Shown: positions 18,503-27,447 of the stretch, one piece after another
Position numbering within the stretch: the first letter of the stretch is position 1
Layout of the letters: each line of letters starts with the position of its first letter
Assembly: GCF_036721295.1 (NCBI RefSeq)
Contig: NZ_DAIMLK010000014.1
Length of the DNA stretch: 64,000 nucleotides
Origin: Sphingorhabdus sp.
GTDB lineage: Bacteria; Pseudomonadota; Alphaproteobacteria; Sphingomonadales; Sphingomonadaceae
Strand: one strand, 5' to 3'
Position numbers and translations under genes: made by a program
The notes under the pieces: generated by a model
Database searches by the model: none
What the model was told of the DNA's origin: nothing
What the model saw: the letters and a program-made list of their open reading frames with translations, nothing else

Positions 18503-19479
18503 TTTGGGTTCCTGCTGCCGGGTTTATAATCGGGTAAGGCGGGGGTGCCGACGACGCTGCCGATGCCGCCTTGGTCCACTTTTTCGGTTACGGATTTTAA
18601 CGATACTGACAAGTCTCTCAAGTCGCGCGCCAGTTGGGTGACTTCGGGCAAAGTCTGCGTATTCAGCGTTTCAATGGCTGGGTTTGCATTGTTCAGGGTT
18701 GTTTCCAACGCGGCCAGACTGCCATTTGCGGACCGCAGCGTTTTGCGCAATTCATCCAGCATCGGGCGGCCTTGGCTGTCCAGTAGCTTATTTGTAGTCC
18801 CAGCCACTTTAGTGATTTCATCCGCGGCCAGGCCTGCCTTTTGCAGGGTAATGCGGGATTCCTGTATGGCCGCACGCAAGTCGGGTCCTTGCGTTGCCAA
18901 TGATCCTGAAAGGCTTTCCACATTATCCAAAATTTGTTCGATGGACTGTTGATTCTTGTCAGACAATATGTTGATCAGCCGTTCGGTCAAAGTCGACAAC
19001 CGCTCCAAAAGCAAAGGCGCGTTGTTGAGCAGTTCACCCAAAGCGCCGGGCTTTGTTGGAATGACGGGTACGCCGGTTGGACATGCGCTCTGCGGATTCA
19101 CCTTAGGGCAAGCCAGTGCAGGCGCGTCTTTGACCGCGCCATCTAGCTGAATTTCCGAGACGCCGGTGAAGCCGACGCCGTTGATTGTGGCGGTCGTACC
19201 CAAAAGTATGGGTACCGTATCCTTGATGCTGATGCGCACCCGAACGAACTCAGGATCGGGCTCCCATAATTCGATGCTCTCTATCTCGCCTACCGGAACA
19301 CCGGAGAAGGACACGCCCGAGCCCTTGGCCAAGCCATTGACCGATTGCTGAAAGAATATGTCATATTCTTTCTTGTCGCCATCGCTGGTCCGCGAAAGCC
19401 AAACGGTAAAGGCGGCCAGCAGCGTCAGAAGGAGAAGCGTGACAGCACCCACCATCACATAATTGGATTTGGTTTCCAT
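18499..19479 (-). CDS. MlaD/Mce-family substrate-binding protein
   Basis: 326 aa with an N-terminal TM anchor, an MCE domain (GLAKGSGVSFSGVPVGEI) and a long helical C-terminus. Confidence 0.85.
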   Translation of the reverse strand: METKSNYVMVGAVTLLLLTLLAAFTVWLSRTSDGDKKEYDIFFQQSVNGLAKGSGVSFSGVPVGEIESIELWEPDPEFVRVRISIKDTVPILLGTTATINGVGFTGVSEIQLDGAVKDAPALACPKVNPQSACPTGVPVIPTKPGALGELLNNAPLLLERLSTLTERLINILSDKNQQSIEQILDNVESLSGSLATQGPDLRAAIQESRITLQKAGLAADEITKVAGTTNKLLDSQGRPMLDELRKTLRSANGSLAALETTLNNANPAIETLNTQTLPEVTQLARDLRDLSVSLKSVTEKVDQGGIGSVVGTPALPDYKPGSRNPK

Positions 19480-19488
19480 ATTACTGCC

Positions 19489-20310
19489 TTATGACCTTCC
19501 TAGCTGCTGCGTTTTTGAATCTGCGGATTTGTCTTGGTCGCTGTGACCGCGCCGTGCCGCGCGACCGCGCGGGCCGCTGAAATATTCGTTGATCCACGGA
19601 TGATCGATGGCCAGCAATTCTTCAATCGCACCAATGGCTATAACTTTCTGATCGGCCAAAACGGCCACGCGGTCACAAATGGCATAGAGCGTATCAAGGT
19701 CATGCGTAATCAAAAAGACAGTAAGTCCAAGCGTCTCTTTCAAATCGCGTGTTAAATTGTCGAATTTGGCAGCCCCGATGGGATCAAGCCCGGCGGTTGG
19801 TTCATCTAGAAACAACAATTCCGGATCCATCGCCAATGCCCGCGCCACACCCGCACGCTTGCGCATGCCGCCCGATAGCTCAGATGGATATTTGTGCGCG
19901 GCTTCTGGCGGTAGGCCGCTTAAGAAGATTTTATAGCGCGCGATTTCATCGAGCAATTCTTTGCTAAAGTCCGGATAAAATTCGCGCAACGGCACCTGCA
20001 CATTTTCGGCGACCGTTAAGGTCGAAAACAATGCGCCGCCCTGAAACAAGACGCCCCAGCGTCGCCGGACGTCGGAGGCCTCGTCTTCTTCCTTGCCGAT
20101 CATGCCTTCGTCAAAGACCCGAATTTCGCCTGAATCTGGTTGTTGCAAGCCGATGATTGACCGCATGAGTACGGATTTACCTGTGCCCGAGCCGCCAACG
20201 ACGCCCAATATCTCGCCACGGCGGACTTCGATGTTGAGATCTTGATGGATGACCTGGTCGCCAAAGCTGTTGCACAGGCCCGTCACGGAAATGATGTTGG
20301 GTGCGTTCAT
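19489..20310 (-). CDS. ABC transporter ATP-binding protein (MlaF-like)
   Basis: 273 aa with Walker A GGSGTGKS, signature LSGGMRKR and Walker B LLFLDEP. Confidence 0.9.
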   Translation of the reverse strand: MNAPNIISVTGLCNSFGDQVIHQDLNIEVRRGEILGVVGGSGTGKSVLMRSIIGLQQPDSGEIRVFDEGMIGKEEDEASDVRRRWGVLFQGGALFSTLTVAENVQVPLREFYPDFSKELLDEIARYKIFLSGLPPEAAHKYPSELSGGMRKRAGVARALAMDPELLFLDEPTAGLDPIGAAKFDNLTRDLKETLGLTVFLITHDLDTLYAICDRVAVLADQKVIAIGAIEELLAIDHPWINEYFSGPRGRAARRGHSDQDKSADSKTQQLGRS

Positions 20311-20313
20311 CGC

Positions 20314-21429
20314 TTAATCCCAACCAATTTCGCTGAAGAACACGGCGAAAAATGCGTCGAGGACGATCACGAGGAAAATGGCCTGCACCACAGCGGCGGT
20401 TGTTCTTAACCCGACTTGTTCGGCATTGCCTTTTACTTGCATTCCCTGAAAACAGCCCGCCATTGCAATAATGGCGCCGAACACAGGTGCCTTGATCATG
20501 CCCACCCAAAAGTCGGTCATAGGCGTTACTTCGCGCAGTCGCTGCACGAATGTCGCCGGCGGGATATCTAAAACAATCCAGCATAATAACCCGCCGCCAA
20601 TGATCGACATTAACGATGCGAAAATACCCAGCAATGGCATCATGACCACGGCGGCAATCACGCGGGGCACGACCAACGCTTCGACAGGGACAACGCCGAT
20701 CGTGCGCATGGCGTCAATTTCTTCGGTGATCTTCATTGTCCCGATCTGCGCAGCAAAGGCAGATCCGGAACGGCCTGCGACCATGATTGCGGTCATCAAT
20801 ATACCCAGTTCACGAAACGTAAGTCGCCCTATCAGGTTGATCGTAAATACCTCCGCGCCAAATTGCCGCAATTGCACCGCGCCTTGTTGCGCAATGACAA
20901 TGCCGATGAGGAAGCTCATCAGGCCAACAATGCCCAAGGCGCGGACACCGACCATATCGAAATGTTGAACAACCGCGTGCCAGCGAAAGCGGCGCGGATT
21001 CATTAGCAAACTGAAAAACGCTTTGACCACTTGTCCGACGAAACCAAGGAATTGCAAAAAAGTCGTTATGCTCACGACAACACTGCCGCCAACTTCGCCC
21101 AAAAAGTGATACAATGACGAAATAGGTGGTCTGGCTGCGACTTCGGCCTGATCGACACCGCTAACGGCATCAATCAAGCGGCTGGCATCGTTTGCGCCAC
21201 CGGTGATTTGCGCATTGTGTTCTTTAGCGGTCCGATGGACGAGCCATGCGCCGACTGTGTCGATATGGGTGACCCCGGAAATGTCGATTTCAGAAACAGG
21301 GGCGCTAATGCCGCGCAAATTGCCGTCTACATTGCCAATCGACGCAATGGTGAAGTCACCGGACAGCCGGAGAATTTGCCCGCTGGGCAGATCTTCAACA
21401 GTGAAATCGGCAGAGTTACCCATGGCCAT
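20314..21429 (-). CDS. MlaE-family ABC permease with an N-terminal STAS-like domain
   Basis: 371 aa. It has a soluble N-terminal region of about 100 aa followed by an MlaE-type polytopic domain. Confidence 0.88.
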   Translation of the reverse strand: MAMGNSADFTVEDLPSGQILRLSGDFTIASIGNVDGNLRGISAPVSEIDISGVTHIDTVGAWLVHRTAKEHNAQITGGANDASRLIDAVSGVDQAEVAARPPISSLYHFLGEVGGSVVVSITTFLQFLGFVGQVVKAFFSLLMNPRRFRWHAVVQHFDMVGVRALGIVGLMSFLIGIVIAQQGAVQLRQFGAEVFTINLIGRLTFRELGILMTAIMVAGRSGSAFAAQIGTMKITEEIDAMRTIGVVPVEALVVPRVIAAVVMMPLLGIFASLMSIIGGGLLCWIVLDIPPATFVQRLREVTPMTDFWVGMIKAPVFGAIIAMAGCFQGMQVKGNAEQVGLRTTAAVVQAIFLVIVLDAFFAVFFSEIGWD

Positions 21430-21498
21430 ATAATTGGCCTATTATGGGGACTATCACAAGCCTGTAGACTTATTGGGTAAAGTTATGCCTTTAAGAAC

Positions 21499-22200
21499 AT
21501 GATGACCAAATCCAAAATGACCCTGCTGGCCATATATGATATGGATAAGACCGTGACGCGGCGGGCGACCTATAATGGGTTTCTTCTGCATATGGCGCTT
21601 AACAAGTCACCTTGGCGATTGTTACTTGCACCGTTTTTGCCGGTTGGTTTGGCTTTATATGCGCTGAAGATCTGGGATCGGTCGCGGCTTAAGCAGTTTT
21701 CACAAATTCTGCTGATCGGCAGGCGGGTGCCAAAAGCGCATTTTGCCAAATATTTGGAAAGCCATGCCGACCTGGTCGTTGGCAAAAACGTATATCCGCA
21801 ATTGCTGGCGCGCGTGGCAGAGGAGAAGGCGGCGGGCTATCGTCATGTCATGGCGACGGCTTCTTATCGCTTATATGTAGAGGCGATTGCTAAAAGGCTG
21901 GGCTTTGATGATGTTATTGCGACCGACCTATCGACCGACAGCAGCGGCCATGTGCTGGCGCGGATTGACGGGCATAATTGCTATGATGCGGCAAAGCTGG
22001 AGCTAGTGAAGCGGTGGATGGAACGACACGACCTTGACCGCGCCACTTGCCACATCAGAGCCTATTCGGACCATGTCTCCGATGCGCCATTGCTGGGTTA
22101 TGCCGACGAACCCTTCGCCACCAACCCGCATGGCCCGCTTGCGCGATTGGCGGCGACGAAGGGCTGGCCCATCCTCGACTGGCGCGTCGCTGAAACTTGA
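21499..22200 (+). CDS. HAD-IB family hydrolase/phosphatase
   Basis: 233 aa with the DxD motif (IYDMDKTV) and a C-terminal YSDHVSD motif. A hydrophobic segment follows the first motif. Confidence 0.7.
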   Translation: MMTKSKMTLLAIYDMDKTVTRRATYNGFLLHMALNKSPWRLLLAPFLPVGLALYALKIWDRSRLKQFSQILLIGRRVPKAHFAKYLESHADLVVGKNVYPQLLARVAEEKAAGYRHVMATASYRLYVEAIAKRLGFDDVIATDLSTDSSGHVLARIDGHNCYDAAKLELVKRWMERHDLDRATCHIRAYSDHVSDAPLLGYADEPFATNPHGPLARLAATKGWPILDWRVAET

Positions 22201-22208
22201 TCCTAAAC

Positions 22209-23618
22209 TTATAGCACCCGCAGCGCACTAACCAGCCAGACCGCCCCCACAATCAGCGGAATTCCCGCAAGGTCGAGAAAAAATCCGGCCTTCACCATTT
22301 TGGGCACGGCTATATGCCCGCTGGCCCATGCAATGGCATTTGGCCCCGTGCCTGACGGCATCATAAAGCCCCAGCTTGCGGCCATGGATGCCGCCATCGC
22401 CATCAACCAAGGATCAGCGCCCGTTGCGGCCACAAGGCCAGCCACAACAGGCAGCACGCCACTGGCGGTCGCGACATTGCTGGCAAATTCGGTGATCAAA
22501 ATGACCAAAGCGGTTAGCGCAAGTGCGATGATGACGGGATGCACCACCGATAATGGCTCTAATGCCTCTCCAAGCCACGCAGCGAGCCCGGACTGGGTGA
22601 TGCCAGCCGCGAGTGCCAAACCACCCCCGAACATCATGATAACACCCCATGGGGCTCTGTCCGCTTCCTGCCATGTCAGCAAGGGACGACCCGTGCCATC
22701 AGGGATCAGGAACAAAAGCAAAGACCCTGCAATCGCAATGCTGCCGTCGGTAATGCCGCCCTTGGGCAGTAGCGGTTCCAACAAAGGTTGCCCAATCCAT
22801 AGGCCGATGACCAACAGAAATATTGGAATGAGCCGTTTTTCCGCCACGGACATGGGCTGTGCCTTGCCAATCGAGGCGCGCGCAGCATCCACGTCAAAAC
22901 TTCCAGCAGTGACATTCTGCACCCGCATCAGGATGAACGCGCATAAAGGCACGCCGATAATCACGACGGGCAGGCCGTAGAGCATCCATGTCAGAAAGCT
23001 GATTTGGATACCCAATTGCTTTTCCACGAGCGCCGCTGCAATCGCATTGGTTGGCGATCCGACAAGCGTCCCAAGCCCGCCAATCGACGCGGCAAAGGCT
23101 ACGCCCATGATAAGCGCGCCTGCCAGCCCGTCGGTTTCTCCGGGCTTGGTTCCGCCAGCCGCCAGCACCGCAATCGCGATCGGCACCATGATCAGCGCGA
23201 TGGACGTGTTGGACATCACCATGCTGAGCAAGGCGGTTGAACCCATGAACGCAATCATGAGGCCCGTGACGCTATGCCCCGACCGCGCAAGAATCGCGAG
23301 TGCGACGCGGCGGTGCATGCCCGTGCGCTCAATCGTGAGCGCCAAAAACGCGCCGCCCAAAATGAGGAACAGGATCGGCGAGTAATATTCCTTCGCGACA
23401 TCCTGCGCGGTCATAATGTTCATTAAAGGCAGCGCCAGAAACGGCAGCAATGCGGTCACCGTCAACGGCAAGGCTTGCGTCATCCACCACATCGCCATCA
23501 AGATGGTGAGCGCGGCAACATGCCATGCAGTTGGTTCCATACCTGTTGGTGCAGGCAGCGCGAGCATGACGGCAAAGACAACAAGTCCGCCCCAAAAGCC
23601 GATTCTTTCCGCCGTCAT
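22209..23618 (-). CDS. SLC13/DASS-family anion:sodium symporter
   Basis: Polytopic. I chose the internal ATG at 23618 (MTAERIG...) because it forms an ATGA overlap with the pgeF stop; the listed ORF extends to 23675. Confidence 0.85.
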   Translation of the reverse strand: MTAERIGFWGGLVVFAVMLALPAPTGMEPTAWHVAALTILMAMWWMTQALPLTVTALLPFLALPLMNIMTAQDVAKEYYSPILFLILGGAFLALTIERTGMHRRVALAILARSGHSVTGLMIAFMGSTALLSMVMSNTSIALIMVPIAIAVLAAGGTKPGETDGLAGALIMGVAFAASIGGLGTLVGSPTNAIAAALVEKQLGIQISFLTWMLYGLPVVIIGVPLCAFILMRVQNVTAGSFDVDAARASIGKAQPMSVAEKRLIPIFLLVIGLWIGQPLLEPLLPKGGITDGSIAIAGSLLLFLIPDGTGRPLLTWQEADRAPWGVIMMFGGGLALAAGITQSGLAAWLGEALEPLSVVHPVIIALALTALVILITEFASNVATASGVLPVVAGLVAATGADPWLMAMAASMAASWGFMMPSGTGPNAIAWASGHIAVPKMVKAGFFLDLAGIPLIVGAVWLVSALRVL

Positions 23619-24388
23619 GGGCGCAGCCCAACCAGCGAGAGTTGGCGGCCATATCCGGGTTCGCCCATATGGCAACTGCGCCGGTAACTGAAGAAGCGAT
23701 CCGGCTGGCTATAGGTGTCTTCGCCCAGACATGCGACTGTCCGGATACCCGCCGCCGCCAGTCGCGCCACGACATAGCCTTCAATGTCGAATTGATAATG
23801 GCCGACTTTGCCATCGGCGAAGAAGCGTTCGTTTTGCGCGGCGTGTTCGACGAATTTGCGGAAAAAGCCTTCATCCACTTCATAGCTTTTCTGCGCAATA
23901 CAGGGGCCAATGGCGCAGCTTATGCGGCCCGCCTGCGCGCCGAGTTTTTCCATCGCGCTGATGGTGTTTTCCAGCACGCCGCTTATGGCGCCTTTCCAAC
24001 CGGCATGTGCCGCGCCGATGACGCCTGCCTTGGTATCTGCAAACAAAACAGGCACGCAATCGGCGGTCACAATCCCCAAAAGCACATTGGGTTGGTCGGT
24101 CACCATAGCGTCGCCGCGTGGTGGATCATCTTGCGAAATGGTATTGTTGACCTGCACAACATCGGCAGAATGAAACTGATGGACGCGGGCAAGCATTGCG
24201 CCGGGCAGAACCGATTGCACGCCGAGTAGGCGATTTTCAATGACGGATTCCCGGGCATCTTCAGAACCCAACCCGACGTTTAGCCCGGCATAGATTCCCG
24301 TCGATACCCCGCCCTTTCGTCCAAGAAAACCATGCGCGACTTTGTCCAGCACGCCTGATTGGATTACCTCAACTGCCATGCCTTGCAT
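23615..24388 (-). CDS. pgeF: Peptidoglycan editing factor / laccase-domain protein (YfiH family)
   Basis: 257 aa with motifs HSADVV, GDAMVT, TADCVPVLF and HAGWKG. Confidence 0.85.
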   Translation of the reverse strand: MQGMAVEVIQSGVLDKVAHGFLGRKGGVSTGIYAGLNVGLGSEDARESVIENRLLGVQSVLPGAMLARVHQFHSADVVQVNNTISQDDPPRGDAMVTDQPNVLLGIVTADCVPVLFADTKAGVIGAAHAGWKGAISGVLENTISAMEKLGAQAGRISCAIGPCIAQKSYEVDEGFFRKFVEHAAQNERFFADGKVGHYQFDIEGYVVARLAAAGIRTVACLGEDTYSQPDRFFSYRRSCHMGEPGYGRQLSLVGLRP

Positions 24389-24457
24389 GTCCTCCCTTCG
24401 CCTCTATTCGCAACTGCCGCGCTTGACGGCAAGCCATTAGATTGCGAACCAGCCTAT

Positions 24458-25318
24458 ATGCAGAGACATATGCTTATATTTGGAATGGGCTACACCGCCA
24501 CCCGCCTTGCCGACAGTTTGCGCGCCGATGGTTGGTTGGTCACGGGTACAAAGCGGATGAGCGGTGGCGATGCCATTGCCTTTGATGATGAAGTCGCGGT
24601 CCTGACCGCGCTGGAGACCGCGACGCATATATTGTCGAGCGTACCGCCCATGAGCGAGGGCGGCGATCCGGTGCTTTTGAAATATGGTGCGGCGATTGCC
24701 GCGCGCGAGCCTGCATGGATTGGCTATCTGTCCTCCACCGGCGTCTATGGCGATACCGGCGGCGCATGGGTTGATGAAAGTGCGCCAATAGGCAGCGGGC
24801 GGCGCACCGCGCGGGCCGAAGCTGACCTTGCATGGCAGGCATTGCGCGACGATGTCCGTATTTTCCGCCTGCCCGGCATTTACGGCCCGGGCCGATCGGC
24901 GCTGGAGCGGGTGGCAGAAGGCAAGGCGCATCGCATCGACATGCCCGACCAGATTTTCAGCCGCGTCCATGTTGACGACATTGTCGCTGCGGTCATTGCC
25001 GCCTTTGATGGTCCCGCGGGCGTTTATAATATTGCCGATGACATGCCCGCGCCGCAAAATGATGTCATCACTTATGCGTGCGACCTGCTGCGCCGCGATT
25101 GGCCACCCCTGCAGTCCATCGCAGAGGCTGGCCTATCGCCCATGGCGCGTGGATTTTATGCTGAAAACCGCCGCGTCGCGAATATAAAGGCGAAGCGCCT
25201 TTTAAACTGGGCGCCGCAATATCCCAATTACCGGTTGGGCTTAGGCGCCTGCATCGCGACGACCAAACCGAGCATCGCCAACCCGCCACCTGCCAGCGCC
25301 AGCATTGACCAGACATAG
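24458..25318 (+). CDS. SDR-family NAD(P)-dependent oxidoreductase/epimerase
   Basis: It has a Rossmann N-terminus (MLIFGMGYTA). The start could be 24458 or 24470. The 3' tail overlaps the convergent EamA gene by 91 nt. Confidence 0.75.
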   Translation: MQRHMLIFGMGYTATRLADSLRADGWLVTGTKRMSGGDAIAFDDEVAVLTALETATHILSSVPPMSEGGDPVLLKYGAAIAAREPAWIGYLSSTGVYGDTGGAWVDESAPIGSGRRTARAEADLAWQALRDDVRIFRLPGIYGPGRSALERVAEGKAHRIDMPDQIFSRVHVDDIVAAVIAAFDGPAGVYNIADDMPAPQNDVITYACDLLRRDWPPLQSIAEAGLSPMARGFYAENRRVANIKAKRLLNWAPQYPNYRLGLGACIATTKPSIANPPPASASIDQT

Positions 25319-26160
25319 CCTTCGAATATCGTCGACAGGATCATCGCGACCACGGGAATGACAATGCCCGTATAGGCCGCCTTGCCGGGACCAATATCGC
25401 GGATCAGGCGGAAGTATAGTGGAAAGGTGACGACCGTTCCAATGATGCTGAGATACAGAACGCCGCCAATATAGCCGGGTCGCATGTCGATAACGGGCGG
25501 ACCCGCCGTGATGAAGGCATATATGCTATTGCCAATGCTGCCCCACAACATCGACCATGCCAATATCGTGATCGTTGGAAAACGCGCAATCTTTGGTGTG
25601 ACTTGCAGGACGTTGGACACAGACGCCGTCGCCACCGCACATAAGACTAAAGATAGGCCAAGCAACACATCCGCCCCGCCCACAGGTGCAGCCCGATATT
25701 CCTGCAACATCAACAGCCCGACGCCGACGCTGGCAATGACGGAGCCCAATTTGAACGCCCCGCTTATGGGCCGCCCCAACCAATATTTTGCCAACAATGC
25801 ATTCGGCACAATCAACAAAGCGAACACCACCGCGACAAGGCCCGATGTCACATAATGTTCGGCCGTGTACACAAAGTTGAAATTCATCCCGAATTGCAAC
25901 AGGCCCAGCAGCATCGTCCAACCTACCATCGGCCGGTCAATTTTCAGCGATTGCCGCATCACCAGCGCAAGGATGAACATGCCGATTGCCGCCACGATGA
26001 AACGATAGGTCACCGACCATGTTGCGGGCACGCTGCCCAATTGGTCGCGGATCACCAGCCAGGTCGAACCCCAGATCAACGACGTCACCATGAAGGGTAT
26101 CCATACCCGTGGCGTCAGAAAACCGGGTTCTTCGGCGTGTCCTTCTCCGACGACGCTCAT
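25228..26160 (-). CDS. EamA/DMT-family transporter
   Basis: About 10 TM segments. I chose the internal ATG at 26160 (MSVVGEG...), which gives an ATGA overlap with the ltaE stop. Confidence 0.8.
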   Translation of the reverse strand: MSVVGEGHAEEPGFLTPRVWIPFMVTSLIWGSTWLVIRDQLGSVPATWSVTYRFIVAAIGMFILALVMRQSLKIDRPMVGWTMLLGLLQFGMNFNFVYTAEHYVTSGLVAVVFALLIVPNALLAKYWLGRPISGAFKLGSVIASVGVGLLMLQEYRAAPVGGADVLLGLSLVLCAVATASVSNVLQVTPKIARFPTITILAWSMLWGSIGNSIYAFITAGPPVIDMRPGYIGGVLYLSIIGTVVTFPLYFRLIRDIGPGKAAYTGIVIPVVAMILSTIFEGYVWSMLALAGGGLAMLGLVVAMQAPKPNR

Positions 26161-27173
26161 AAGGCCTGTATCGCGCGGGCCAGCGGCGCTACGTCGGATT
26201 CTGTATGCTGCCAACTGGTCACCAGCCGCGCCGCGCCCCAGACATTGTCAACCACGCCCCAGTCATAAAAGTCGAAGCCCTGCGCCCGTAACGCTGCCGC
26301 TTCGGCCGGCGTGAGGCGTAGGAACAGCTCATTGGCTTGCACAGGGTATAACAAGCGTTCACCCGCGGCCTGCGCAAGGACCATCGCCGCCGCATTGGCG
26401 GACCGTGCATTGTGCAGCCATAGATCATCCTTCAACATGGCGAGCAATTGCACCGCAAGGAACCGGCCCTTCGACTGCAAATGCCCCGCGCGTTTGCGGC
26501 GATAGCGTGCAGCATCAGCCAGAGCAGGGTCAAAATAGACCAAGGCCTCTGCGCCCATGCCGCCATTTTTGACAAAGCCGAAGCTTAAAATATCGACGCC
26601 TGCATTGACCGTGATATCGGCGGGCGCGCAGCCCAGATGCGCCACTGCATTGGCAAATCGCGCGCCGTCCATATGCAGGCCAAGCCCGCGTTCGCGGCAC
26701 AGGGCACCCAACGCCGCGACCTCAGCTTGGGTGTAGACCATGCCATATTCGGTCGCGTTGGTAATCGACACAGCGGCGGCCTGCACCTGATGCACATCCT
26801 TGCGAATGGCGTCGAGCGTGGCCGTGACGGTCGCGGGCGTTATCTTCGCGCCGTCGCCATCGACCAAAATCAATTTCGCGCCAGCGGTGTAGAAACCCGG
26901 CGCGCCGCATTCATCAACCTCAATATGCGCCTCACGGTGGCAAATAACGCCCTGATGCGGCTGCACCATGGAGGCAAGCGCAAGGCAATTCGCGCTGGTG
27001 CCCGTCGCCACCCATAAACCCGCGGCATCGCGGCCAAAAAGTTCGGAAAACGCCGCATCCAACCGCGCGCTATATTGGTCACCGTCATAAGCGGTATCGA
27101 TATGGTTGGCATCGGCCATGGCTTGCATGACAGCAGGATGCACCGGGGCGGCATTGTCAGAAAAGAAACGCAT
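26157..27173 (-). CDS. ltaE: Low-specificity L-threonine aldolase (beta-eliminating lyase family)
   Basis: I preferred the ATG at 27173 (MRFFSDNAAPVHP...) over the TTG at 27209. It is a PLP-fold protein. Confidence 0.85.
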   Translation of the reverse strand: MRFFSDNAAPVHPAVMQAMADANHIDTAYDGDQYSARLDAAFSELFGRDAAGLWVATGTSANCLALASMVQPHQGVICHREAHIEVDECGAPGFYTAGAKLILVDGDGAKITPATVTATLDAIRKDVHQVQAAAVSITNATEYGMVYTQAEVAALGALCRERGLGLHMDGARFANAVAHLGCAPADITVNAGVDILSFGFVKNGGMGAEALVYFDPALADAARYRRKRAGHLQSKGRFLAVQLLAMLKDDLWLHNARSANAAAMVLAQAAGERLLYPVQANELFLRLTPAEAAALRAQGFDFYDWGVVDNVWGAARLVTSWQHTESDVAPLARAIQAL

Positions 27174-27249
27174 GGGCAGCGCATGGCGGGAAACCCCGTG
27201 CGGCGTCAAGGGGGTAAGGGGAAGGGGGGATGATGAATATCACCCCATC

Positions 27250-27335
27250 CGTCACCCCAGCGCAGGCTGAGGCCAATCGCGCCTGCCGGTCTGGCCAGAC
27301 ACAGGTGATGGGCACCAGCCTGCGCTGGGGCGACG
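27250..27335. repeat. REP-like composite inverted repeat
   Basis: CGTCACCCCAGCGCAGGCTG (27250-27269) matches the reverse complement of 27316-27335 at 19/20 positions. The arms flank a 46-nt spacer that contains the perfect palindrome GTCTGGCCAGAC (27289-27300). The same 17-mer recurs at 41417-41433. Confidence 0.6.
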
Positions 27336-27447
27336 GGGGTTGTTGCGGACGCCGCTGACAATAGCCCCCCGCATAACCTAGGATAACATCTAGGTTGTTG
27401 CGCGGCGCTTTAGGCAGTAGCAGCGAGGCAATTAGGGGTTATCCAGA

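Noticed and set aside
27210-27229. A G-quadruplex from the G-runs GGGGG-TAA-GGGG-AA-GGGGGG.
   Set aside because: There are only three closely spaced G-runs, and the fourth is about 20 nt away. I treated it as part of the repeat element rather than as a separate feature.
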